The position numbers and the translations under genes were made by a program. Below are positions 9,254 to 18,211 of a stretch of DNA of 64,000 nt, piece by piece. The stretch lies in the NCBI GenBank assembly GCA_002923315.1, contig BEHM01000009.1:6571-70570 (forward strand). Reading direction: 5' to 3'. Origin of the DNA: a bacterium HR10 (lineage in GTDB: Bacteria > Acidobacteriota > Blastocatellia > HR10). The notes beneath the pieces were generated by a model, which saw only the letters and a program-made list of their open reading frames with translations, was not told where the DNA came from and did no database searches. Within the stretch, counting starts at the first letter, position 1. Each line of letters starts with the position of its first letter.

Positions 9254-11671
9254 ATGAGATCCTTTTCCCTTTGGCTCATGGTCTTTCTGATGAGTTCGTC
9301 GGCTTGGCCTCGGTCTTCGAATTCGTCCGCACCGCCGAACGATTATCCCATCACGGCCGTCTCATTCACCGACGTTCAACTGGAACCGGGATTTTGGCAG
9401 ACGCGGATCGAGACGAATCGGATCGCGACCGTTCCGCATATCCTGCGGCAATGCGAAGTGACCGGACGGGTCGGCAATTTCCTGAAGGCAGCCGGAAAGA
9501 TGGCCGGGTACTTCGACGGTTGGTGGTTCAACGATTCGGATGTGTACAAGTCTATCGAAGCGGCTTCCTACAGCCTCATGCTCCACCCCGATCCGGAGTT
9601 AACGCGATACCTGGATGACCTTATCGCGAAGATCGCCGCGGCGCAGGAGCCCGATGGGTATCTCTTCACCCCACGTCGAACAATGGCGCCGAATTATCGG
9701 TTCGCCGCCTCTGTGGGGCCGGAGCGCTGGTCGAGACTGGGATCCAGTCATGAGCTGTACTGCTTGGGCCACCTCTTCGAAGCGGCCGTGGCGCATTATC
9801 AGGCGACGGGAAAGCGCTCGCTTCTGGAGGTCGCTCTGAAGAGCGCCGATCTTTTGGATCGCGTGTTTGGGCCCGACAAGAAGCGTGATGTCCCCGGACA
9901 TCAAGAGGTCGAAATCGGATTGATCAAGCTCTATCGGGTGACGCGAGACGAACGGTATCTCCGCCTGGCGAAATTCTTCCTCGATGAACGCGGGCGCCCT
10001 CACGGGCGTCGGCTTTATGGGACGTACAGTCAGGACCATAAGCCCGTCATCGAGCAGGAGGAAGCCGTCGGCCACGCCGTCCGCGCCCTCTATATGTACA
10101 TGGCGATGGCGGACGTCGTCGCTCTGTTGCGCGATCCGGCGTATGCGCGAGCCTTGGACCGGCTGTGGGCGGATGTCGTCGGTCGGAAGATGTATGTGAC
10201 GGGTGGGATCGGGGCCGCCGGAGGGCACGAGGGATTCGGCGCGCCATACGAGTTGCCGAATCTCGCGGCTTATTGCGAGACGTGCGCGGCCATCGCTTTC
10301 GCCCTGTGGAATCACCGTATGTTCCTCCTCACTGGGGAGGGCAAATACGTGGACGTGCTCGAACGTGTCCTCTATAATGGGCTCCTCTCCGGCGCCTCGC
10401 TCGATGGGCAGACGTTCTTCTATCCGAATCCCTTGGAGTCGGACGGTCGTCACGCGAGGAGTCCCTGGTTCGCCGTCGCGTGTTGTCCGCCGAATATCGC
10501 GCGATTCCTATTCCAGGTCCCGGGGCTGGCCTATGCTCATCGCGGAGATCAGCTCTATGTTAATCTCTTCCTGTCCAGCCGCGCGACCATTCGCATGGCG
10601 GATCAGACGGTCTTCATCCGCCAGGAGACGAGATATCCGTGGCACGGAGAGATCGCGCTCGCCCTCGAACCGGAGCGGCCGGGGCGCGCGTCCACTCTGC
10701 AGGTGCGCATCCCTGGCTGGGCGCGCAATGAGGCTGTGCCGAGCGATCTCTATCGCTTCGCCGAGACCGTCCGAGAGCGACCCACGATTCGGGTCAACGG
10801 GCGCTCGGTCGCCTACACCGTGGATCGCGGATATGCGACTCTACGCCGAAAGTGGCAAGAAGGAGATGTCGTGACGGTGACCCTCCCTATGCCGGTGCGG
10901 CGCGTGATCAGCCATCCCCAGGTCGAGGACAATATCGGAAAGGTCGCTTTGCAACGAGGACCCATCGTGTATTGCCTTGAATGGCCGGATGTTCCCGGAG
11001 GCCATGTCGTGAATTTGGTCCTGCCGGATACAGAGCCCCTGCGTGCGGAATTTCACGAGGATCTGTTCGGGGGGATCTCCGCCATCCGAGGAACAGCCAT
11101 TGGCCTTCGGTGCGTGGATGCCCAAGGGAGATTGCAGCGAGAACGTGTGCCCTTCCTGGCGATCCCGTACTATGCGTGGGCTCATCGCGGTCGCGGCGAG
11201 ATGGCCGTCTGGATCGCTCGGGTGGAGTCGGCGGCGCGCCCCTTGCCGTGTCCGACGATCGCCTTCCGAGCGAAGGCCAGCTCCTCCGGTGGCGATGCTC
11301 GGGCCTTGAACGATCAACGCGAGCCGCGACGCTCGGCGGATCGCTCGAATCGGTATCTCCACTGGTGGCCGCGCAAGGGGACGACCGAGTGGGTGCAGTA
11401 CGATTTCGAAGCCCCGACGCGCGTCTCTGCCGTTGAGGCCTACTGGTATGATGATACGGGTATCGGCGAATGCCGCGTCCCGAAATCGTGGCATCTGCTC
11501 TATCGGGAGAACGGGGAGTGGAAGCCGGTGAGGAATCCGAGCGGCTATGGGGTCGAGAGAGATCGCTATAACCGCACGACGTTCGATCCGGTGATCACCG
11601 ATGGGCTTCGCCTCGTCGTCCAGGCGCAGGAGAACTTCTGCGCTGGGATCCACGAATGGCGCGTGTATTGA
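9254..11671 (+). CDS. beta-L-arabinofuranosidase-like glycoside hydrolase family 127 (DUF1680/HypBA1-like) with extra C-terminal beta-sandwich-like domain
   Basis: N-terminal 'FTDVQLEPGFWQTRIETNR...' and Cys cluster 'YCETCAAIAF' / 'VACCPPNIARF', as recalled for HypBA1-type enzymes. ATG 9254 gives signal peptide 'MRSFSLWLMVFLMSSSA'; alternatives are 9200 and 9089. C-terminal 'WVQYDFEAPTRVSAVEAYWYDD...IHEWRVY' looks discoidin/F5-8-like. Confidence 0.8.
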   Translation: MRSFSLWLMVFLMSSSAWPRSSNSSAPPNDYPITAVSFTDVQLEPGFWQTRIETNRIATVPHILRQCEVTGRVGNFLKAAGKMAGYFDGWWFNDSDVYKSIEAASYSLMLHPDPELTRYLDDLIAKIAAAQEPDGYLFTPRRTMAPNYRFAASVGPERWSRLGSSHELYCLGHLFEAAVAHYQATGKRSLLEVALKSADLLDRVFGPDKKRDVPGHQEVEIGLIKLYRVTRDERYLRLAKFFLDERGRPHGRRLYGTYSQDHKPVIEQEEAVGHAVRALYMYMAMADVVALLRDPAYARALDRLWADVVGRKMYVTGGIGAAGGHEGFGAPYELPNLAAYCETCAAIAFALWNHRMFLLTGEGKYVDVLERVLYNGLLSGASLDGQTFFYPNPLESDGRHARSPWFAVACCPPNIARFLFQVPGLAYAHRGDQLYVNLFLSSRATIRMADQTVFIRQETRYPWHGEIALALEPERPGRASTLQVRIPGWARNEAVPSDLYRFAETVRERPTIRVNGRSVAYTVDRGYATLRRKWQEGDVVTVTLPMPVRRVISHPQVEDNIGKVALQRGPIVYCLEWPDVPGGHVVNLVLPDTEPLRAEFHEDLFGGISAIRGTAIGLRCVDAQGRLQRERVPFLAIPYYAWAHRGRGEMAVWIARVESAARPLPCPTIAFRAKASSSGGDARALNDQREPRRSADRSNRYLHWWPRKGTTEWVQYDFEAPTRVSAVEAYWYDDTGIGECRVPKSWHLLYRENGEWKPVRNPSGYGVERDRYNRTTFDPVITDGLRLVVQAQENFCAGIHEWRVY

Positions 11672-11716
11672 GAAGGTGCGTTCGTGGGCGATGAAAGCGA
11701 TCGAGGAGGCATTCCG

Positions 11717-12847
11717 ATGCGGGTCCAGGTCTTTCTTCTGGTTTTGCTCCTGGCGGGACCTGTGGGAGGTAGTGATCGAAGAGGCTCGGCGATGGTGAGG
11801 AAGGAATTCTTCGGAAGGACGCCGGAGGGAGAAGTGGTGGACCTCTATACCCTCACCAATTCCAGGGGCATGGAGGTCAAGATCACGAACTATGGGGGGA
11901 TCGTCGTCGCCCTTCGCGTCCCGGACCGGCAGGGTCGGCTCGAAGACGTCGTCCTCGGATTTGACCGTCTGGAGGATTATCTGAAGGGGCATCCCTATTT
12001 CGGAGCCATCATCGGTCGGTACGCGAATCGAATCGCGGGCGGGCGCTTCACGTTGAACGGCGTCTCGTATCAACTCACGCTCAATGAGGGACAGAACCAT
12101 CTTCATGGGGGGCGGAGGGGATTCGATAAGGTCGTCTGGAAGGCGCGACCGGTGCGGTCGGCGTGGGGTGTCGGGGTGAGGCTCACTTACCTGAGCCGGG
12201 ATGGGGAGGAAGGGTATCCGGGGAATCTCTCCGTCACCGTGACGTACCTTCTGACAGAGGAGAACGAATTGCGAATCGAGTACGTCGCCACGACCGATCG
12301 CGACACGATCGTCAACCTCACGCACCATTCGTACTTCAATCTGGCGGGACAGGGCCGCCGGGATATTCTCGAGCATTTGTTGCAAATCAATGCGGAGTAT
12401 TTCACGCCGATTGATGCGAATCTGATTCCGACGGGGGAGATCCGCTTCGTGCGCGGGACGCCGTTTGATTTCACCAGACCGACGGCCATTGGGGCTCGGA
12501 TCGAGCAGGAGGATGAGCAATTGCGGTTTGGTCGCGGGTATGATCACAACTGGGTTTTGAGCGGTCCGCCGGGCACGTTGCGCTTGGCCGCTCGCGTCGT
12601 CGAGCCCGGTTCAGGGCGTGTCCTGGAAGTGTGGACGACCGAGCCCGGCCTTCAGTTTTACTCCGGGAATTTCCTCGATGGGACGATCACGGGGAAGGAG
12701 GGCCGGGTCTATAGGCATCGGTATGGCTTCTGCTTGGAGCCACAGCATTTTCCCGATTCGCCCAATAAGCCGCATTTCCCCTCCGTCGTCCTCCGGCGAG
12801 GCGCCCGGTACCATACGACGACGGTGTACAAATTCTCCGTGCAGTGA
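11717..12847 (+). CDS. galM: aldose 1-epimerase (mutarotase), apparently secreted
   Basis: Motifs 'ITNYGGIVVAL', 'YFGAIIGRYANRIAGGRF', 'NHLHGG', 'EGYPGNLSVTVTY' and 'CLEPQHFPDSPN'. ATG 11717 has GGAGG 7 nt upstream and gives the signal-like 'MRVQVFLLVLLLAGPVGG'. Confidence 0.85.
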   Translation: MRVQVFLLVLLLAGPVGGSDRRGSAMVRKEFFGRTPEGEVVDLYTLTNSRGMEVKITNYGGIVVALRVPDRQGRLEDVVLGFDRLEDYLKGHPYFGAIIGRYANRIAGGRFTLNGVSYQLTLNEGQNHLHGGRRGFDKVVWKARPVRSAWGVGVRLTYLSRDGEEGYPGNLSVTVTYLLTEENELRIEYVATTDRDTIVNLTHHSYFNLAGQGRRDILEHLLQINAEYFTPIDANLIPTGEIRFVRGTPFDFTRPTAIGARIEQEDEQLRFGRGYDHNWVLSGPPGTLRLAARVVEPGSGRVLEVWTTEPGLQFYSGNFLDGTITGKEGRVYRHRYGFCLEPQHFPDSPNKPHFPSVVLRRGARYHTTTVYKFSVQ

Positions 12848-12990
12848 CCGGGTGCTCCTCAAAAGGGCGTCGCTTCGTCTCTTCTCCGGACGGGGCGCAT
12901 GATCCTTATGGCGTCAAGCGCATCCGTCCTTTTTCGCCGCCGGATCGTGCTGTGTTAGAATTTTCGATCTCTTTGGAGGAGAGCGAGGCG

Positions 12991-14679
12991 ATGAGCGAAC
13001 GCATTGAGTTCGATGTATTGTTCGTGGGAGCTGGGCCGGCGAGCTTGAGCGGAGCGTTGCACCTGGCGAATCTCATTCGGCGGCATAATGAGCAGGTTGA
13101 AGCGGGGCGCCTTCAGGAGCGGCGATTAGATGTCAACATCGCGGTCATCGAGAAGGGCCGAGAGGTGGGGGCGCATATTCTCTCGGGCGCTGTTCTCGAT
13201 CCTCGCGCTCTTCGAGAGTTGGTCCCGGACTTCATCGAGCGCGGGGCGCCCCTCTCGACGCCGGTCATTGAGGATCAGGTGTGGTTCCTCACGCGGCGCA
13301 GGAAGATCGCGATGCCGATCATTCCTCCACCGCTGCGCAATCACGGGAACTACATCATCTCCCTCGGTCAGTTGGTGCGGTGGTTGGCTGGCTTGGTTGA
13401 GCAGGCAGGTGTGGACATCTTCCCGGAATTCCCCGGTGCTGAGTTGCTCATTGAGGATGGGATCGTCGTCGGTGTGCGCACGGGCGATCGAGGGGTGGAT
13501 CGCGCCGGCCAGCCAAAAGGGAATTATGAGCCGGGCGTCGAAATCCGCGCGAAGGTGACGGTTCTGGGGGAGGGCGTTCGGGGATCCCTGGCGAAGGTCC
13601 TCATTGAGCGCTTCGGCTTGCAGGCTGGGAGGCAGCCGCAAGTTTATTCCTTGGGCATCAAGGAGTTATGGGAAGTCGAACCGGGACGCGTGACCCCCGG
13701 GACGGTCATTCACACACTCGGATATCCGCTGGATGCGCGAACTTTTGGCGGGGGATTCCTCTACGCGGGAGCGGATCGCCTTGTGAGCGTGGGATTGGTC
13801 GTCGGGTTGAGTTATGAGGACCCGTGCTTGGACCCCCACCGGCTCTTCCAACAGTTCAAGACGCATCCGGAGGTGGCGCGCATCCTGAAGGGAGGGAAGC
13901 TCATTCGGTACGGGGCGAAGGCGCTGCCCGAAGGGGGGTATTATTCGATCCCCCGCCCGTATGTGGGCGGGGCGCTTCTGATTGGCGACAGCGCCGGATT
14001 TTTGAACTCGCAGCGCTTGAAGGGGATTCACCTCGCGATGAAGTCGGGGATGTTGGCCGCCGAGGCGATCTACGAAGCCTTGCGAAAGGGCGATTTCTCT
14101 GAGCGGCAGCTGGCTCGCTACGAGGAGCTGATTCGAATGAGCTGGATTCACGAGGAACTCTATCGGGTTCGGAATTTCCACCAAGCGATGGAGCGCGGAT
14201 TATGGTCGGGGCTCCTCCAGGCCGGGCTTCAGATGCTGACCGGAGGGCGCGGATGGCGGGATCCTCTTCCAGCCATCGCCGGGCATGCGCGGATGCGGAA
14301 GCTGGCCGAGTTTCAGGGGAGGCAGCAGACGGGATGTCCGCCTTCGGATTGGAAGCCTGATGGTGTTCTGACCTTTGACAAATTGACCGATGTGTATTAC
14401 TCGGGAACCTCCCACGAAGAGGACCAGCCGTGTCACCTCAAGATCGCCGATTTCGACATCTGCCACACGCGGTGTCCGGTCGAGTACGGGAATCCCTGCG
14501 AGCGCTTCTGCCCGGCCCATGTGTATGAAATGGTGATGACCCCGGATGGACGGAAGCGCTTGCAAATCAATGCATCTAACTGCGTCCACTGTAAGACATG
14601 TGATATCATGGATCCCTATCAGATCATCACTTGGGTGCCTCCGGAAGGCGGCGGTGGGCCGAATTACCTCATCCTGTAA
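12991..14679 (+). CDS. electron-transfer flavoprotein:ubiquinone oxidoreductase (ETF-QO)
   Basis: FAD-binding 'FDVLFVGAGPASLSGA', C-terminal ferredoxin-like 'NCVHCKTCD' and the 'ITWVPPEGGGGPNY' tail. ATG 12991 follows GGAGGAGAG. The 49-codon upstream extension in the track looks non-genic. Confidence 0.85.
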   Translation: MSERIEFDVLFVGAGPASLSGALHLANLIRRHNEQVEAGRLQERRLDVNIAVIEKGREVGAHILSGAVLDPRALRELVPDFIERGAPLSTPVIEDQVWFLTRRRKIAMPIIPPPLRNHGNYIISLGQLVRWLAGLVEQAGVDIFPEFPGAELLIEDGIVVGVRTGDRGVDRAGQPKGNYEPGVEIRAKVTVLGEGVRGSLAKVLIERFGLQAGRQPQVYSLGIKELWEVEPGRVTPGTVIHTLGYPLDARTFGGGFLYAGADRLVSVGLVVGLSYEDPCLDPHRLFQQFKTHPEVARILKGGKLIRYGAKALPEGGYYSIPRPYVGGALLIGDSAGFLNSQRLKGIHLAMKSGMLAAEAIYEALRKGDFSERQLARYEELIRMSWIHEELYRVRNFHQAMERGLWSGLLQAGLQMLTGGRGWRDPLPAIAGHARMRKLAEFQGRQQTGCPPSDWKPDGVLTFDKLTDVYYSGTSHEEDQPCHLKIADFDICHTRCPVEYGNPCERFCPAHVYEMVMTPDGRKRLQINASNCVHCKTCDIMDPYQIITWVPPEGGGGPNYLIL

Positions 14680-14685
14680 GCGGGT

Positions 14686-14714
14686 CTCATGCCCCAGGTC
14701 ACAGGGGGGATGAG
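14686..14714 (+). terminator. hairpin after the ETF-QO gene
   Basis: CTCATGCCCC-aggtcaca-GGGGGGATGAG. Confidence 0.35.
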
Positions 14715-14786
14715 CCTCGGAGCTTTTCTGGACTTCCCTCTTCAGGCGGTTTCGGGTAAACTTACACTTACAGCGAATGTGAGGTC

Positions 14787-15587
14787 ATGGTGGCGAAGGC
14801 CTTGACGATTGCGGGTTCGGATTCCGGTGGGGGAGCGGGGATTCAGGCGGATCTGAAGACCTTCACGGCGCTTCGAGTGTACGGGCTCTCGGTGCTGACG
14901 GCGATCACGGCGCAGGACACATGTCGGGTAGCCGGGGTGATTGAGGTGCCGGCGGATTTCGTCCGCCTGCAGTTAGACGTGGTCATGTGCGACATCGGAG
15001 CGGATGCGGCGAAGACCGGAATGCTCTCCAGCCCGGAGATCATCGAAGCGGTGGCCGAGGGGATACGGGAACATCGGATCGAGCGATTGGTCGTGGACCC
15101 GGTGATGCGGGCGAAGTCGGGGGATCGTCTTCTGCGCGCGGAAGCGGAGGAGGCACTGGTTCGGCGATTGCTCCCGTTGGCGTACCTGGTGACACCGAAT
15201 ATCCCGGAAGCGGAAGCGCTTGTCGGGTGGCCGATCCGATCGCTTGAGGACATGAGGAACGCAGCGCGACATATCTTCGAACTGGGGCCGCGAGCGGTGC
15301 TCGTCAAGGGGGGACATCTCGACTCCGGGTCGGAGGCCGTGGACATCCTCTATGACGGGCGGGAGTTTCACGAGGTCGTAGCCGAGCGCATTCCGACGCG
15401 GAATACGCATGGGACTGGATGCACGTATTCGGCCGCGATCACGGCCTATCTGGCGAGAGGGGAGGGCCTGCTGGAGGCGGTTCGTCGAGCGAAGCACTAT
15501 GTGACGATGGCGATCCGGTACGGGTTCCCCATCGGCCGAGGACATGGTCCGCTGAACCACTTCTGGAGAGAAGGCGAGGCGGAATAG
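14787..15587 (+). CDS. thiD: hydroxymethylpyrimidine / phosphomethylpyrimidine kinase
   Basis: 'LTIAGSDSGGGAGIQADLKTF' and 'NTHGTGCTYSAAITA' motifs; the 266-aa length is typical. Confidence 0.9.
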   Translation: MVAKALTIAGSDSGGGAGIQADLKTFTALRVYGLSVLTAITAQDTCRVAGVIEVPADFVRLQLDVVMCDIGADAAKTGMLSSPEIIEAVAEGIREHRIERLVVDPVMRAKSGDRLLRAEAEEALVRRLLPLAYLVTPNIPEAEALVGWPIRSLEDMRNAARHIFELGPRAVLVKGGHLDSGSEAVDILYDGREFHEVVAERIPTRNTHGTGCTYSAAITAYLARGEGLLEAVRRAKHYVTMAIRYGFPIGRGHGPLNHFWREGEAE

Positions 15588-15724
15588 CGCGCAGATCGCC
15601 CACCTGAGAGATTGCCGAGCGAACAGACGTCCGCGAAGCGGACCGCGCCCGTGGAGTGAGGGCATCGTCAAGAATATGCGAACCTCGAGGACGAGGGATC
15701 GCATCTAAGAAGGTGGAGTCCACA

Positions 15725-16594
15725 ATGAGGGGAAAGACAATGGTCGCCAAGGTCGCTAAACAGGAAATCGCTTTGAACCTGCCGCGCCGCCCGACGACGG
15801 TCGAGCGATATTTGAAGATCGTCAAATTCGCGCTCGGCCGCGATCGCGATGTCGAGGCGGTGGCGAAACATTTCGGGTGCTCCCCGGCGACGGTGCTCAA
15901 TGCCATCCGCGCGTTCGGGGTGACCTATGATCAAGTGCGGCGGCGGCGCACGCTCCCGCAGTTGAAAGTGGCGGAGGAGTACATTAAACTCGAACGGCGC
16001 TTGAGCGAGCGGGATCAGAAGATCATCGAGATGTACAACAGTCCGGAGGCGCCGACGCTGGAGCAGATCGGGCGTGCCTTCGGCTTGACGCGCCAGCGTG
16101 TCCATCAGATCCTGAAGAAGGCGAAGGCGCTCGGGGTGAAACTCGTCGAGCGCAAGACGCCGCCGGAGGGTCATTGGATCGAGCGGTGTCAGCTGTGCAA
16201 GCGGCTCCTCCAGCTTCAGGAGGAAGAGCCCTTGCTGACGCGTCGTCAGATCGCCGCGCGATTGGACATCCCCATCTGGGTCGTCCATTGGCACTTGAAT
16301 CGGTTGAAGGCGCGCGGGCTCGTGAAGCGGCATTTCGGGTATTTCCGGAGCGAGCGGTTGATCGAGGCGATCAAGCTCTACAACAGTGATCCGGAGGTGA
16401 GCGCGTGGAAGCTCGGGCGAATGCTCGGATACAAGAACTTGCCGGGCATCTTCTGCGAGTTGGAGAAGCGCGGCTTGGGGTATTTGCTGCGTCCCCGTCG
16501 GCAGCGTTCAGCGGGGCGACGTCGAACATCTCAGGCGGGAACGGTGATTGACGCCAAGCAGGCATTCCGCCAGCGGCGTGAGGGGAAGCGGTGA
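15725..16594 (+). CDS. hypothetical DNA-binding protein with about four helix-turn-helix-like modules (one sigma-70 region-4-like) and a basic tail
   Basis: ATG 15725 with GGTGGAG 7 nt upstream. Segments: 'DVEAVAKHFGCSPATVLNAIRAF'; 'LSERDQKIIEMY...TLEQIGRAFGLTRQRVHQILKKA' (region-4-like); 'LTRRQIAARLDIPIWVVHWHLNRLKARGLVKR' (winged-helix-like); 'SAWKLGRMLGYKNLPGIFCELEKRGLGY'. I do not recognise the family. Confidence 0.6.
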   Translation: MRGKTMVAKVAKQEIALNLPRRPTTVERYLKIVKFALGRDRDVEAVAKHFGCSPATVLNAIRAFGVTYDQVRRRRTLPQLKVAEEYIKLERRLSERDQKIIEMYNSPEAPTLEQIGRAFGLTRQRVHQILKKAKALGVKLVERKTPPEGHWIERCQLCKRLLQLQEEEPLLTRRQIAARLDIPIWVVHWHLNRLKARGLVKRHFGYFRSERLIEAIKLYNSDPEVSAWKLGRMLGYKNLPGIFCELEKRGLGYLLRPRRQRSAGRRRTSQAGTVIDAKQAFRQRREGKR

Positions 16595-16750
16595 CTGTCG
16601 CGGTGGCGCGCAGGGCGGAGGGGGCCGGTGACTCCGGGGAGGCCTCTCTCGATCGCGCGTGCATCGGTCGCGAGCTGCGGGCTCACGATCTCGCGCGCAT
16701 CTGGGCCTCGGGGAGCCGTGATCCCCTCTTCCTGGCGGTCATCCGAAGGG

Positions 16751-16766
16751 TGAATTGTTCCCATTC
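16751..16766 (+). promoter_or_regulatory. TGAAT-N7-ATTC inverted repeat upstream of argH (ARG-box-like half-sites with non-canonical spacing)
   Basis: 'gGTGAATtgttcccATTCGcc', about 45 nt upstream of the argH ATG. Confidence 0.25.
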
Positions 16767-16808
16767 GCCGACGCGAGGGCGTTGACCGACGATCCGAGGG
16801 GGGCGGGA

Positions 16809-18200
16809 ATGGAGAAGCTATGGGGAGGGCGGTTCCGCGAGGCGCTGGATCCGGAGTTCGCTCGCTTCAATGCCTCGTTCCCTTTTGATCGCCGGCTCCT
16901 TCGCGCAGATATTCGCGCCAACGTCGCTTATTGCCGCGCTCTGCGGCGAGCGGGTGTGCTCTCCGAAGATGAGGAGGCGCGGATCCTCGAGGGCTTGGAA
17001 CAGATTCTCGAACGCGCGGAACGAGATCCCAGCTATCTGGAGCGTTTCCCTGCGGAGGATGTCCATGGGTTCGTCGAGGCGCGCCTGGCCGAGCTGATCG
17101 GGGAGACGGCTTATAAACTCCGCACCGGGCGAAGTCGGAACGATCAGGTCAGCACGGATCTGCGGCTCTATCTCCGCGAACAGTGTGATCTTCTGCTTGA
17201 GGAGCTGCTGCAGTTGCAAACGGCCTTGCTCGATCTGGCCGAGCGATATGCGGACGTCGCGCTCCCCGGGTATACGCACCTGCAGCGCGCCCAACCCATT
17301 GTGTGGGGGCATTATCTGCTCGCATACTTCGAGATGTTCGAGCGTGATCGGGAGCGGGTGCGCATTGCGCGCGCGCGGGTGAATGTGCTTCCTCTCGGCT
17401 CGGGAGCGCTCGCGGGGACGAACTTTCCTATTGATCGGGAGTGGTTGGCTCGGGAGCTGGGATTCGAGCGCGTGGCCGGCAATAGCCTCGATGCCGTGAG
17501 CGATCGCGACTTCGTCCTCGAAGTCATCTTCGCCGCCGCCCTGCTGCAGATGCACCTCAGCCGCTTGGCCGAGGACTTCATTCTCTATGCCACTTCGGAG
17601 TTCGGATTCCTGACGCTCGGCGATGCCGTCGCCACCGGGTCCTCGCTCATGCCGCAGAAGAAGAATCCTGATGCCCTGGAGCTCATTCGGGGCAAAGCGG
17701 GGCGCGTCTTCGGTCATCTCATGAGCGCGCTCACGATGATGAAGGGCCTGCCGCTGGCGTACAACAAGGACATGCAGGAGGATAAAGAGGCCGTCTTCGA
17801 TGCGCTCGATACCGTGCGCGCCTGCGTGCGAGTGGCGACGGTGGTGCTCCGACATGTGGAGCTGCGGCCGGAACGCATGACTCAGGCGGCACTCGAGGGG
17901 TACACGAACGCGACCGAGCTGGCCGACTATCTTGTGCGAAAGGGCATGGCCTTCCGCCATGCTCATGAACTCGTCGGGCGCATCGTCCTCTATGCCGCTG
18001 AGAAGGGGAAGGGCTTGAATGAGCTTTCGCTGGAGGAGTATCAGCAGTTTGCTCCTCAAATCGAAGGGGATGTCTATGACGCCCTCTCGCTCGAGCGCGC
18101 GCTGGCTTCAAAGCGGACGATCGGCGGGACGGCTCCGGAGTGCGTCCGCCTCGCCCTCTGTGAAGCGCGAGAACGCCTGCAGGGGCCTCACGGGGGATGA
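16809..18200 (+). CDS. argH: argininosuccinate lyase
   Basis: 'MEKLWGGRF' N-terminus, 'GYTHLQRAQP' and the fumarate-lyase signature 'GSSLMPQKKNPD'. Start taken at ATG 16809 rather than the track start 16755. Confidence 0.92.
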   Translation: MEKLWGGRFREALDPEFARFNASFPFDRRLLRADIRANVAYCRALRRAGVLSEDEEARILEGLEQILERAERDPSYLERFPAEDVHGFVEARLAELIGETAYKLRTGRSRNDQVSTDLRLYLREQCDLLLEELLQLQTALLDLAERYADVALPGYTHLQRAQPIVWGHYLLAYFEMFERDRERVRIARARVNVLPLGSGALAGTNFPIDREWLARELGFERVAGNSLDAVSDRDFVLEVIFAAALLQMHLSRLAEDFILYATSEFGFLTLGDAVATGSSLMPQKKNPDALELIRGKAGRVFGHLMSALTMMKGLPLAYNKDMQEDKEAVFDALDTVRACVRVATVVLRHVELRPERMTQAALEGYTNATELADYLVRKGMAFRHAHELVGRIVLYAAEKGKGLNELSLEEYQQFAPQIEGDVYDALSLERALASKRTIGGTAPECVRLALCEARERLQGPHGG

Positions 18201-18211
18201 CGTGGGCCCGC

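Noticed and set aside
14680-14786. Possible TPP riboswitch upstream of thiD. Also the 'CTGAGA' at 15604 downstream of it.
   Set aside because: No CUGAGA/ACCUGAUCUGGAUAAUGCCAGCG-type conserved core is present upstream. The downstream CTGAGA is isolated, with none of the other riboswitch elements.
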